Below are positions 49,669 through 59,986 of a stretch of 64,000 bases of DNA, in pieces. Source of the DNA: Promethearchaeota archaeon. GTDB taxonomy: Archaea; Asgardarchaeota; Heimdallarchaeia; Hodarchaeales; Hodarchaeaceae. Under the pieces are notes generated by a model, which had not been told where the DNA came from, searched no databases, and saw nothing but the letters and a program-made list of their open reading frames with translations. The DNA lies in contig JBHLMN010000016.1 in assembly GCA_048938105.1 (NCBI GenBank), forward strand, positions 32,001 to 96,000, in the 5' to 3' direction. Every line of letters starts with the position of its first letter. Within the stretch, counting starts at the first letter, position 1. Both the position numbers and the translations under genes were made by a program.

Positions 49669-49901
49669 TATGGATTATAATGATATAGACAATCTTTATT
49701 CTTGTGGTATGGATGGTTGAAACTCATTTAATAAAAATAAGTATTAATATCGAATAAATCGATTTTGTCATTTTTTTCTGATAAATATTATCTATTTATT
49801 GTGTAGCTAATACTACATAAAATTGCTAATATTGTAAATAACTTTACAAATAACTATATACCCACGATTTGGAAGGGTGAGGCAAATGTGTTTAAAACTA
49901 A

Positions 49902-51242
49902 ATGATAAAGGATGAAACTGTAAATGGATGCAGGAAAGTGAAGAGAAAATTTCTACTTATTTTCCCAGAATGGCCGCCTGCCATTGGAGGGATGCAAACT
50001 CATGCTATTTGTTTATCTAATTATCTTTTTTCTAATGGTCATAAAATACTTGTTGTTACATACAAACCAAATCATGCACAATATTCAAAACAAGAATATT
50101 TACAATCTGATAAACTCTTTAACTTCCCTGTTATAAGAATTTTATCAAGAATCACTTATTATCAAAACCTGAGAATAATTCAAAAGATTTCAAGAAAATT
50201 CAAACCAGATCTGATTTATTCAAGTAATATTTTTTATGGAATTCTTAAAGATTGGACTGGTAAACCCACAGTATGTCGATCAGTCGGAAATGATATCTTA
50301 AGGCCTTGGATTCCTTATCCTTTTAATTTTGGATCAAGATTATTGTACAACAAGGCCATAGAGGAAATTTTAGTAAAAATCTTTTTTAAATATTTAAGAG
50401 AGTTAGACATATTCCCTTTTTTAAGCTCTATTTTTCGTAAAAGACGATTAAATATTACTATACAATCTGCAAGATCAGCAGATACAATTTTACCTAATAG
50501 TCACTTTACAACGAGAATTCTTGTTGGATTTGGTGTGAATTCAGCAATTATAAAACCTATAATTGGGGGGGTTGATGTTAATTTCTTTAGAAGAGAAAAA
50601 TCAATTGATAAAAGGCCATTACGAAAAAAATTAAATTTACCAGAAGATAAAATTTTATTGTTAACTGTTTGTAGATTAGTCCAAAAGAAGCGAGTAGATC
50701 TTTTGATTAGAACTATTAAAACCGCTATCTCTAAAGATAAAAATTGGCATTTAGTAATTATTGGAAATGGTAAACGACGTAAGAAATTAATAAAATTAAC
50801 CCATGACCTTGAATTAACGGAATTTATAACTTTTATAGGCTCAATACCATATTATTCAATACCACAATATTATTGGACTGCAGATTTGTTTATTCTTGCT
50901 AGTAAAATCTTCTATCAATCTAAGACAAAAACTTATGATGTCGAAACGATGGGTAGGGTATTATGTGAAGCCAATGCAGCAGGAGTTCCAGTACTCGCCT
51001 CAAAAAGTGGTGGTATTCCCTCTATTATAACTAATAAGAAAAATGGTTTGCTTTTTAACACAGATGATCAGACTGTTCTTTGTGAGAAAATTACTTACAT
51101 GCTTAACAATAAAAAAATGCTTGAGGATTTTAGTCGAAATGGATTGTATTATGCTGAAGAGAAATTTGATTGGTCTATAGTGTTTCAAAAACATGAAGAA
51201 ATATTTGAAAATCTGTTAAATGGGAAAAGAACTGGTACCTAA
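49902..51242 (+). CDS. GT4 family glycosyltransferase
   Basis: WPPAIGGMQT, VCRLVQKKRVD, ETMGRVLCEANAAGVPV..SGGIP. Confidence 0.92.
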   Translation: MIKDETVNGCRKVKRKFLLIFPEWPPAIGGMQTHAICLSNYLFSNGHKILVVTYKPNHAQYSKQEYLQSDKLFNFPVIRILSRITYYQNLRIIQKISRKFKPDLIYSSNIFYGILKDWTGKPTVCRSVGNDILRPWIPYPFNFGSRLLYNKAIEEILVKIFFKYLRELDIFPFLSSIFRKRRLNITIQSARSADTILPNSHFTTRILVGFGVNSAIIKPIIGGVDVNFFRREKSIDKRPLRKKLNLPEDKILLLTVCRLVQKKRVDLLIRTIKTAISKDKNWHLVIIGNGKRRKKLIKLTHDLELTEFITFIGSIPYYSIPQYYWTADLFILASKIFYQSKTKTYDVETMGRVLCEANAAGVPVLASKSGGIPSIITNKKNGLLFNTDDQTVLCEKITYMLNNKKMLEDFSRNGLYYAEEKFDWSIVFQKHEEIFENLLNGKRTGT

Positions 51243-51286
51243 TGATTATTCAACATATTACTTTCTTTCGGTGAATAAAGATTAGA

Positions 51287-51612
51287 ATGAGGAAAATGGA
51301 AAAATGATGATTCTTAGATCATTTATAATTCTAATACTCTTAATCTCTATTTTTAATCTAAAATTTCCTAGGTCAACGGTGGTTATGGAACCATTTGAGG
51401 GTTTTTTTCCTTTAACTTCATTTATCACATCATATTTATTGTTTATTTTTGCAGTATTATCTCTTATAGTCTTCATTGGAAATTTAGGCCTTTATCTCCT
51501 TACCTCAGATTCAGAACGGATCAAGAACTTGAAAAAAAGCACATTCTGCCTTTTCTGTATTATTTTACCATTAGGTTTTCAATTTCCACATATGCCGATA
51601 TGGAAAATGTGA
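51287..51612 (+). pseudogene. 3' half of the interrupted membrane-protein gene
   Basis: Frame continues ..N-EENGKMMILRS.. from the 44259 ORF once 44458-51286 is removed. Confidence 0.65.
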
Positions 51613-51616
51613 TTTT

Positions 51617-51805
51617 ATGCCGAATGAGATTCTAGTAATTATAATATCAGCTTGTTTGGATATATTTTCATCGGAACAATTTAGGGCATTTTTAATAGCT
51701 CTTGGGTCTATAATCTATGCTCCCACTGGCAGTCGAATTGGAAAATATTGTCTATTGTTTGGTCTTTTCATTTTTACACTCAATAATCTAATAATAGGCA
51801 TTTGA
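51617..51805 (+). CDS. small 2-helix membrane protein (VirB2/CedA1 pilin-like?)
   Basis: FLIALGSIIYAPTGSRIGKYCLLFG helix-turn-helix; 4 nt after the previous gene. Confidence 0.5.
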   Translation: MPNEILVIIISACLDIFSSEQFRAFLIALGSIIYAPTGSRIGKYCLLFGLFIFTLNNLIIGI

Positions 51806-51932
51806 AGAAGTAAATCAGTAGTTCTCAATTTAACAGATATTACAGTTTATATGACATTTTTTTTACATCAATATTCTTGGGAGTTTTTTAAGATCCTCTT
51901 AATTTGATAGTGGAGCGAAGAAACAATTTTGA

Positions 51933-54900
51933 ATGAGGAATGATATGAAGATGTGGAAGATTCCTAAGGCAGAATTGTTTCAAAAATTAAAAATGTTTAT
52001 GATTATCTTTCTATTTCTCATTTCATTTGTACTGAACACTCTCAATGCTAGTGCCCCCCTATTCTCTAATTGTATGTCCTCCTTAAATCGAAGTATGCCT
52101 TTAGAAAAGGAGATTGATTCTCAAGAAATTCAGAAAAATCCATCTAATTTAGAAATTAACAATTTAATGGTTAATGAAGAACAAATACAATATTATGTAG
52201 AGCAGAGTACTCAGTTCAATATAAAAAATCATCAAATGAAAGAAATGGCCTCAAATTCGTACACTAATGTTTCTATTAAGTCAAAAGTGATAAATTCATC
52301 ATTTCGGATTTTTTCGAATGGTAATAATGGCAGCAATAGATGGCAAAATGATATTGAACCTGATTATGGGGATGTTAACGCATCTACAATTTTTTCGGAG
52401 AATATCAACTTCTTTCGCTTAAATTTTTCTGAAAATGTTGAGACCCCTGCTTCAGGAATAACTAATACAGATTTTCTTGTTTCATCAAATCCAGACATTT
52501 TTAGTTATCCAACAATTATTTCCTTCGATTTCAGAATCCCATTTTTAACGTCAACTATCATAAATTCATCTCATACTTTGGGTTTAGAATTTAGGTTCAA
52601 CAATGGTTCAATAACCTTCATTTTATCAGATTTTGGGGGGAACCTTGGAGATATTCTTGAAGAAAATGTTACACGACCAAACGGGTCTGATTATCTCTAT
52701 ATCCTATGCAATGAAACACCACCCTTCAGTTGGAGACACATTTCACACAATATTACAAGATTAGTTAGTACCTACTTTACTCCAGAGGAGTACTACAAGT
52801 TTTCCTCTCTTGAAACTCTCTTCTGTTATATGATAACTTTCACCCCAGGTTACAAATTGACTCTAGACATAAACAACTTAGATTATTTTACCTTATTATC
52901 TCCCTGTCCTCCAATTAATTACACAATTGGAGAAACGATGATTTTTACTAGTAATGGTTCATTATCTTATAATTCAATGTTGGGAAACTTCACTTTTATT
53001 GCATATGAGGATTCTTCTTGGATTAATAATACATTAACATATTTAAAGGTAAATATTACACGAATAAAGAGCTTTAAAAGTTTTTCTTTTGCTAAAGATT
53101 GGAATGAAACCAAAGTTCGAATAAATTTGTACGTTGACATCCCTGATATCATTGAAGCTGTAACTTCTAGTTTTATTAACATTATTCTTCCCTCAGATTG
53201 GATTAATATCAATATTATTAATCAAAATATCAACTTTGAATTTACAAATCAAACTAGAATTCTGAATGAATACCTATTCGGAAACTTTTATCGTGCAGAC
53301 GTCTATGGAATACATTGGGGTATTATTGAAGCATGGTCACCAAATTATCTCACTAATATTGTAGTTCCCACTGATGTTAGCAGAAATGATGTTATCAAGG
53401 TTAGAGGTGATTTACATTATCCCTTATTAGGAAATATAAACTTGTATTATTTTAGTGAATCTTTCTTTTTTCACAAAAGTACACTTCCTATGATTAATTC
53501 TACATTTATCTTTCCTGAAATAACAATAACTGATGAATTTCCAACTGGGATCTTACAATTTACTCTCAATTGGTCAAACTCATGGGAGTATGGTATTTAT
53601 GAAAAACTCGTTTATGTTCATGAGGAAGTGAGTTCTTACTCAAACATTCTATTTAAAACATCTCAGAATGTTAATATTTATCGATTCGAACCATTATTAG
53701 TAAATTTAAGTCTAACGAAAAATGGAAACAAATATTTTTCTAATTCAACATTCGTTTTCTTAATCAAAGGAAAAGAATGTCTTTCTTTTTCCCCAACATC
53801 ACACAATGATTTCATTCTCAATGTTTCTCATATTATTTGGGATCCTGGAGACTATACTTTAAGTGTCATTGCATCTGATGGCGATCTATTCTTTGCAAAG
53901 GATGTGATGAATTTGACAGTTAAACCAGCTTCAATTTTTTGGAGTTTTGAAAACTTACAAACAACTTTGTTAAAAAATGAGAGTATTTGTTTTCGACTCT
54001 ATTCTTATATCCATCCTCAAGGAGAAGAATACTTCCAAACCTTATCTGGCCTCAAGATTAGGATTTGGATCAATGATACAGTAATTTCTAATTACGAAAC
54101 AAATTCAAAAGGATTTTCTGATATTGACTTCGATTTTAAATACTCGTCTTCTATGGAATTCCTTCAAGTCGCAGTAGAGGGAATGGTAGAGGGAGAAGTG
54201 TTTAAAATGCAAACACTACTATATTATATCTCAAATGAGACAACCGTAGATGGTGGAGACAGAGCTTATATGCATGAAATAATGAGATCACCTATTAAGG
54301 CAAATGAAACCTTTTTTATTTATTATAACATTGAATACTCAAACAATAATTCTAATTGGTTTGTTCCTATCGAATCATATACTGATTTAGTATTAGCCGC
54401 GTATATTTTACGAGATAATTATGTTATTGGCACCAGTATTGAAAATCACATGTTAATCTGGACACTAGAAGCGAATCAATCTATAAATGATATATTGGTA
54501 ATTGAATTACCAAGCCCATCTGTATTAGTCATAAAGGAAGTGTTATCGAAAAAATTCAGAATTAAATTGGAAGCTTATTCCGAAATAACAGTTAATAATT
54601 ATTCAATTGAAATTGATCTTAAATTCTTAGGATTTCCCTTTACCAATATTTCTCTCTTAGATTCATTGAATCGCGATATAACTCATCTGTTTAAAATAAC
54701 CAGTTCAAGCTCAATTGTTTCGATATATCAACTTAATATAATAAGCGAGCTCAAAATGTCTTATTTTTTGAGAGGAGATCTTCAGGAAATTGAAATTAAA
54801 ATTAGAAACCCTTTTCAGTCATCATATGCTTATAATGAAAGCATTCGGGGTAGTTGGGAAATCAAAACACCAATCAACTATTCTTATGTAGTTTTGTACA

Positions 54901-55490
54901 CAATATGGGATTTAGGATCTTGGGAATGTTATAATACTTCTCTTGAAACCTTTTCAAATGCATCAAGTGTTATTACGGCTTTCCTGCCTCTCCAAAGATG
55001 GAACACTTCAATATCTATTCAATTAAGAATGAAATACTTCAATGATCTAATAATAGCTAGTCCGTTGCAAAATTTCACAATCAGTGACGATTTTGCACCA
55101 GTATTAGATTATTCTATTGAGGCAAAGATTGATGTTATTCGAATACATGCCTTTGTTTACGAACCCGAAAGGGCTTCAGGTATCAAGAATGTCTCTTTAA
55201 CATTGAAAGATCAGAGTAACACTGCTAATTCCATTTCCGTAAATCATTATGTTTTTGACATCCCATTTAAAACTATTAATTCCTATTTTATTATGATAAT
55301 TGTGTTTGATTGGGCTGGAAATGAGAGATCATCTGAATTTATAGATATTAAAGAAATGATTCCAGGTTCTTCTTCTCTATCAAGCTTGATTATGTCTCAA
55401 TTTTTCTTTCCAACACTTTTTTCTATTGGAATAATGGGCGGTATTTTTATTGCTCGAATAATTAGGAAGAGGCGAACTTCAATTCTTTGA
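51933..55490 (+). CDS. large exported surface glycoprotein with C-terminal TM anchor
   Basis: Signal peptide, beta-rich repeats, many N-x-S/T sequons, DWAGN, TM followed by RKRR. Confidence 0.8.
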   Translation: MRNDMKMWKIPKAELFQKLKMFMIIFLFLISFVLNTLNASAPLFSNCMSSLNRSMPLEKEIDSQEIQKNPSNLEINNLMVNEEQIQYYVEQSTQFNIKNHQMKEMASNSYTNVSIKSKVINSSFRIFSNGNNGSNRWQNDIEPDYGDVNASTIFSENINFFRLNFSENVETPASGITNTDFLVSSNPDIFSYPTIISFDFRIPFLTSTIINSSHTLGLEFRFNNGSITFILSDFGGNLGDILEENVTRPNGSDYLYILCNETPPFSWRHISHNITRLVSTYFTPEEYYKFSSLETLFCYMITFTPGYKLTLDINNLDYFTLLSPCPPINYTIGETMIFTSNGSLSYNSMLGNFTFIAYEDSSWINNTLTYLKVNITRIKSFKSFSFAKDWNETKVRINLYVDIPDIIEAVTSSFINIILPSDWININIINQNINFEFTNQTRILNEYLFGNFYRADVYGIHWGIIEAWSPNYLTNIVVPTDVSRNDVIKVRGDLHYPLLGNINLYYFSESFFFHKSTLPMINSTFIFPEITITDEFPTGILQFTLNWSNSWEYGIYEKLVYVHEEVSSYSNILFKTSQNVNIYRFEPLLVNLSLTKNGNKYFSNSTFVFLIKGKECLSFSPTSHNDFILNVSHIIWDPGDYTLSVIASDGDLFFAKDVMNLTVKPASIFWSFENLQTTLLKNESICFRLYSYIHPQGEEYFQTLSGLKIRIWINDTVISNYETNSKGFSDIDFDFKYSSSMEFLQVAVEGMVEGEVFKMQTLLYYISNETTVDGGDRAYMHEIMRSPIKANETFFIYYNIEYSNNNSNWFVPIESYTDLVLAAYILRDNYVIGTSIENHMLIWTLEANQSINDILVIELPSPSVLVIKEVLSKKFRIKLEAYSEITVNNYSIEIDLKFLGFPFTNISLLDSLNRDITHLFKITSSSSIVSIYQLNIISELKMSYFLRGDLQEIEIKIRNPFQSSYAYNESIRGSWEIKTPINYSYVVLYTIWDLGSWECYNTSLETFSNASSVITAFLPLQRWNTSISIQLRMKYFNDLIIASPLQNFTISDDFAPVLDYSIEAKIDVIRIHAFVYEPERASGIKNVSLTLKDQSNTANSISVNHYVFDIPFKTINSYFIMIIVFDWAGNERSSEFIDIKEMIPGSSSLSSLIMSQFFFPTLFSIGIMGGIFIARIIRKRRTSIL

Positions 55491-55500
55491 GCTGAAAACC

Positions 55501-56955
55501 GTGAATCATGATATCTTGATAGAAAAATTAAAGATTTTTATGATAGTCTTAATTTCACTTGTCATACTAATCATTATTGAAAGATTACTTATTTCAAACG
55601 ATTATACAAGTATCCTTCAAAACATTGCACAATCACCTTCTAATATGGCACGATATTTTCCAATTACTATTCTGTTGTACCTTTTAACAAAAGAAATAAT
55701 TTTCTCCTCCAAGCAAAATGATCCTCTGCTGAAGTTTTCAGTGATACAAAAAGGATTAGTTTTTATTCAAAATTTTAACATGTATCTTGCTTTATTCGAA
55801 ACTTTTTCTGTTGGAAAAATTCAGACAAGTGAATTAAAACAATTGAAGCATCTAAAGGCATTCTCATTAGAATTAGATACAAGTAAAGCATGTGCTAGAG
55901 TTTTTCTTTATTCAAAATCTTATAAAGAGTTAAAAAAACGAATTAAGAAATCAATGCCAATTCTAGAGGTTGTCTTACCTGATATAAAATTCATATCCAA
56001 GGATAATATTACTAGATTCTTGGGTGAAAACAAATTGTTAAAGGTTAGAAAAAAATTTCTTTTAGAAGAAAATTCAGAGTTAATTTTACCTAAATCTCTA
56101 AATCTTGATACCAAACTTTCTCCCACCGTTTCTAGAATGATTCTAGCTTGCATTTTTCCAGAAGAAATGAGTATTGAAGAAAGCACTGATGAAAAGAAAA
56201 TGGTACAATGTTACTTATTTCATTCTTACAGCACAAATTCCTTCTTTAAATATATGAATAATATGCTCTTCAATACTCCGAAAAAAAAAGGGGATTATTT
56301 TTGGGATATTCGTGAACTACAGAGAATGAGATTAAAATATCAGACAGAAGAAATATCAAAGATTAATCTTCAAAAAGGGCTCCATCATTTTAAAGAAGGT
56401 TTATCTATGGTCTTATCAGAACTAAAACAAGTAATTATACAAGAACAGCAAATTAATTACTCCCCTATTAAATTATCAAGTGAATTAAAATCAAAAAATC
56501 TTTTGAGTTCAGGAAAAACTATTAAATCCCTTGAAATGAATCAGATCTGTTCTGAATTATGTAACATTCCAGGAAATATTAGCTTTTTACAAGAAGAAAA
56601 GGAAAGGAAATGTCAACAAAGAGTAAGTTTTTGTCGAAAACTATTGACAAATGACAATTTCTCTTCGATATTAGAGATCATTTTAGATCAGAAGTATGAA
56701 AAAGATCAAATTCGTCTTTTTACAGAATTAAAAAGTCATTTTTCTCATCAACAACTTATTTGTGTTTTAGCTCATCTATCTCAATCAAATTCCTTAGAAA
56801 TTCCTTATCATAAGATCATCAATATGATCTATATCCTTTTGAAATTAAATTACAAGGCACAAGGAAGTCTTAATGCAAACAAAAGACATCAATCTTCAAA
56901 TTTTTTTAAGGATGAAAAATTCAAACAGATTTCTTTATCTTTGGCAAAAAAATAA
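55501..56955 (+). CDS. hypothetical protein with two N-terminal TM helices
   Basis: 484-aa ORF directly after the surface-protein gene. Confidence 0.7.
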   Translation: MNHDILIEKLKIFMIVLISLVILIIIERLLISNDYTSILQNIAQSPSNMARYFPITILLYLLTKEIIFSSKQNDPLLKFSVIQKGLVFIQNFNMYLALFETFSVGKIQTSELKQLKHLKAFSLELDTSKACARVFLYSKSYKELKKRIKKSMPILEVVLPDIKFISKDNITRFLGENKLLKVRKKFLLEENSELILPKSLNLDTKLSPTVSRMILACIFPEEMSIEESTDEKKMVQCYLFHSYSTNSFFKYMNNMLFNTPKKKGDYFWDIRELQRMRLKYQTEEISKINLQKGLHHFKEGLSMVLSELKQVIIQEQQINYSPIKLSSELKSKNLLSSGKTIKSLEMNQICSELCNIPGNISFLQEEKERKCQQRVSFCRKLLTNDNFSSILEIILDQKYEKDQIRLFTELKSHFSHQQLICVLAHLSQSNSLEIPYHKIINMIYILLKLNYKAQGSLNANKRHQSSNFFKDEKFKQISLSLAKK

Positions 56956-57013
56956 AGATGAGCTTACTTGAATTTGATCCTGTTATTAATTTCTCAATAA
57001 AAAACTATGGTAG

Positions 57014-57121
57014 TGGGCCCACCCGGATTTGAACCGGGGATCTCTCGGTTATCAGCATCGCCCGCTCTGATGAATACCCTTCAGAACGCCGAGCGCTTTA
57101 ACCAGGCTAAGCCATGGGCCC
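57014..57121 (-). tRNA. tRNA-Ile(GAT) with a 33-nt intron in the anticodon stem (57057-57089, position 30/31)
   Basis: GGGCCCA/TGGGCCC acceptor; BHB CGCT/GGCG flanked by 3-nt bulges; spliced form is 75 nt with loop CT-GAT-AA. Confidence 0.9.
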
Positions 57122-57181
57122 TTTTTTAAGAGGAAAAAAGGTAAGAATATCACTCGGTCTACCTTAAATAAATCTTATGGA

Positions 57182-57583
57182 TTATCTATAGCTTTTAGTA
57201 TATTTTGCTCGTGCTCCTGGTCCACCAAAATGTTTAGGCTCACGTCGTCGGGGGTCGCCTACTATCATGTGACGGTCATATTCGATGAATTTAACTCGCA
57301 ATTCTTCAGAATCAATCCAAGCTAAAAGAGCTCGCGCAATTGCAGTTCTTGCTGCATCAGCCTGTCCCATGTACCCTCCACCCTTGACTTTAACCTTGAT
57401 ATCTACACCTTGTTTTGTCTTTTCATCGATAAAATAGAATGGTTCCATTAACTTCATCCGTACAATTTCTGGCTCAATGATCTCTATTGGTTTTCCATTT
57501 ATTAGTATTCTACCTGTTCCTTCTTTAATTATGGCACGTGCGATAGCGGTACGTCGTTTTCCACTTCGTAATAGACTTTTCAT
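57182..57583 (-). CDS. rps9: 30S ribosomal protein uS9
   Basis: SGKRRTAIARA, GGGYMGQADA, GGPGARAKYTKSYR. Confidence 0.98.
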   Translation of the reverse strand: MKSLLRSGKRRTAIARAIIKEGTGRILINGKPIEIIEPEIVRMKLMEPFYFIDEKTKQGVDIKVKVKGGGYMGQADAARTAIARALLAWIDSEELRVKFIEYDRHMIVGDPRRREPKHFGGPGARAKYTKSYR

Positions 57584-57594
57584 TATTTGTACCT

Positions 57595-58029
57595 TCAGAT
57601 TTTTGATTTTAATTCATCAAGTGAGAGATAAGCCGCTTTTGGATTAATTCCTTGTGTTTCTGGAATGACTTCGATATCTTTTTCTTTTAATTGCTCAGGA
57701 AAGTTTTTATATACAATCAGACGATGATAGGCCTCTTTTCCTGTGCTTTTATGATATGGAAGCATGCCACGGATCGTTCGTTTTAAAATCTGGTCAGTTT
57801 CTCTAGGGTAAAAAGGACCTTTTAAAGGATTTGACTTTGTTTTGAGTTGCCTTCTTTGTAAATATTTTGCAGCAATAAAATCTTTTTTACCTGAAATCAA
57901 CCCCTTGTCTGCATTAACGACAATGATTTTTTCGCCATTTAGTAATCGTTTTGCGATAATACTAGCTAATCGACCAAGAATTGAATTCTCTGCATTTATA
58001 ATTTTGGTCTCATCTGAGGTTTCTAGCAT
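57595..58029 (-). CDS. rpl13: 50S ribosomal protein uL13
   Basis: ILGRLASIIAK, GPFYPR, RTIRGMLP. Confidence 0.97.
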   Translation of the reverse strand: MLETSDETKIINAENSILGRLASIIAKRLLNGEKIIVVNADKGLISGKKDFIAAKYLQRRQLKTKSNPLKGPFYPRETDQILKRTIRGMLPYHKSTGKEAYHRLIVYKNFPEQLKEKDIEVIPETQGINPKAAYLSLDELKSKI

Positions 58030-58051
58030 TGTTATTTTCCTCTCATCTCCA

Positions 58052-58444
58052 TTATTTGATTAATCGAACTTGGGATCCTTTAGGATTCTTTTCCACTAGT
58101 TCTTCAATAGTTAAACATTGACCTCCAGCATTCTTAATTTTCATTTGAGCTAATTTTGAAAATGATTCTGCAGCGACATTAAGTCGATGATTTAACGATC
58201 CAGTACCGAGGACCTTCCCTGGGATCAACAATGTGTCTCCTGGAGAAGAAACTCGATTTATCCGGGATATATTAACTGCAACACGCATTCTATTCGGTTT
58301 AGACATTTCAGATGCTAACAATGCCCAGATTTTTGTTTTGTTTTTATTGGCAGCTCCCATTAAAATTCTGATCAAAGCAATCTTATTAGGATCTGTTCTT
58401 CCTTTAGTTTTCAATTGAGTTCCTCTTTTAAAATTCTTCAACAA
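58052..58444 (-). CDS. rpl18e: 50S ribosomal protein eL18
   Basis: VNISRINR, IPGKVLGTG, NPKGS; real start probably the TTG near 58414. Confidence 0.95.
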   Translation of the reverse strand: MLKNFKRGTQLKTKGRTDPNKIALIRILMGAANKNKTKIWALLASEMSKPNRMRVAVNISRINRVSSPGDTLLIPGKVLGTGSLNHRLNVAAESFSKLAQMKIKNAGGQCLTIEELVEKNPKGSQVRLIK

Positions 58445-59228
58445 GAATGTTAAATTCTTTTGCTTTTTCTTTCAAGAGTTTTAGAGCTTCTATCAAAATA
58501 TTTTTGATTGTAAGTGCCCCAGTACTTTCTATGATAAAAACAAAATCTCTACCAGTTGTGGATACAGTAACAGCATCAAGTTCACAAACTTCAACACATT
58601 GATTGCATAAACTACAATTTATCACATTAACAGCTATTATTTCGTCATTTTCGATTTTGATGATATCTCGGGGGCAAACCCCAACGCAGTCTCCACAAAA
58701 AGTACAGTTATCTAAATTGAATTCAACACATGGATAGTATTTATAAGAAACTGATGAAATTGGTTGCCATTTTGCATGATCCAGACCTCTTCCAAGTCTA
58801 GCTATAGCTTCAAGAAATATTTTTTGATCTTTAGCCATTTTAAGAATTGGAATATTAGGGTGGACTGGAACTATTTTAGAATCTTGAGATAGTAGATCAT
58901 TTGAAAACACTACTTCTATGTCTTTTTCGCCATTTTTTTCTAATGTTAAAGATACCTCGCAGGAGGTACAACCTTGTCCTCCACAGGAACATAATTCTGG
59001 CCTAACATAGTTTTCTAGATCAGTTTTCAGAGGAATTAATCCTAAACGGTGGGCTACTATTTCATCATAAAGAGGTGTAGTGTTTTCTATAATGATTACT
59101 TCATCAATAGCCATTGTGGGAACTTCACTTAGGATCATTCTTCGAATAGTATTAGCGAATGTTGGGGTTACATCAGAGAGGATAAACTTAACATAATTTT
59201 CTTGTCGTTCGACAATCTCCAGTTCCAA
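58428..59228 (-). CDS. rpoD: RNA polymerase subunit D (Rpo3) with Fe-S domain
   Basis: ANTIRR...VPTMAID, HRLGLIPL, HAKWQP, two ferredoxin Cys motifs. Confidence 0.96.
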   Translation of the reverse strand: MELEIVERQENYVKFILSDVTPTFANTIRRMILSEVPTMAIDEVIIIENTTPLYDEIVAHRLGLIPLKTDLENYVRPELCSCGGQGCTSCEVSLTLEKNGEKDIEVVFSNDLLSQDSKIVPVHPNIPILKMAKDQKIFLEAIARLGRGLDHAKWQPISSVSYKYYPCVEFNLDNCTFCGDCVGVCPRDIIKIENDEIIAVNVINCSLCNQCVEVCELDAVTVSTTGRDFVFIIESTGALTIKNILIEALKLLKEKAKEFNILVEEF

Positions 59229-59707
59229 ATATATACTACCGCCTTTTATTGGATCATTGTATTTTAGAACCTAACACGAGAACCAATGAAAAAAAAAGGA
59301 ATTTCATCTTCTTCTCTCTATTGGCTACTCGTAGTGATGTATTTTGTTTGTTATGGCCACAATTGAGTTGGCTTTAAATTTTTTTTCTAAATCTGGTTTC
59401 TTTTCAGAAGAAATATTGAATAAAACCTTTCAAGAAGATTGATAATCCATTTAGTGACAATTATGGCTACAGGATAAAAAAATAGGGTGATAAATTAAAT
59501 ATTTTTATTTGATTTTATCATATTTTTGGAAGATTTCAATAAAAAAAACCAAAATCGTACATATTTGATTTATAACTCAATCCAAAATTCGTACAATAAA
59601 CTTCAAGCTCCATTCTTATGAGCGTATTAAAACTCTAAATCAGAGAAATTGGGAGATTAAAAAAGACTAGAGGATTCATTTAATGGATTCAAATTTGGTG
59701 TTTTCTT

Positions 59708-59986
59708 TTGGAAATAATAATCCTTAGCCAATGGAATGAATATATTCGTGGATGGCAACTTTTAATCGAATCTGGAGATCAGATTTTTTGGACAATCCTA
59801 ATTTTTGTCGCTTGGGTAGTTCGAGCAATTTCTTTAACAATGATCCTCATACAACTTGGAGATCGATTAATCCGTAAGCCAAAAAATTTTGAGTTTAATC
59901 TTTTAGTTACGGGTATTGTATTCATTTTAGTAACAGTTCCTTTTTTTCTGGCAGGTTTACCTTTAATTTATCCTTTTATTCCATAA
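59708..59986 (+). CDS. small 2-TM membrane protein
   Basis: Two hydrophobic helices joined by a basic loop. Confidence 0.55.
   Translation: MEIIILSQWNEYIRGWQLLIESGDQIFWTILIFVAWVVRAISLTMILIQLGDRLIRKPKNFEFNLLVTGIVFILVTVPFFLAGLPLIYPFIP

Larger units (their letters stand above)
44458..51286 (+). mobile_element. IscB (IS200/IS605-family, OMEGA) element apparently carrying ~5.3 kb of cargo
   Basis: Left boundary is the omegaRNA end GTCAATCACCCC; right flank starts ATGA (TAM-like); excision restores an ORF. No tnpA and no clear distal hairpin seen. Confidence 0.6.

Noticed and set aside
51262-51280. TTTCGGTGA shared between the distal junction and the omegaRNA start
   Set aside because: Only a 9-bp match with no stable hairpin; too weak to call a transposon end.
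59286-59366. MKKKG|ISSSSLYWLLVV, a class III signal-like micro-ORF
   Set aside because: Only 26 codons, it starts in a poly-A run and the hydrophobic segment is short; likely chance.
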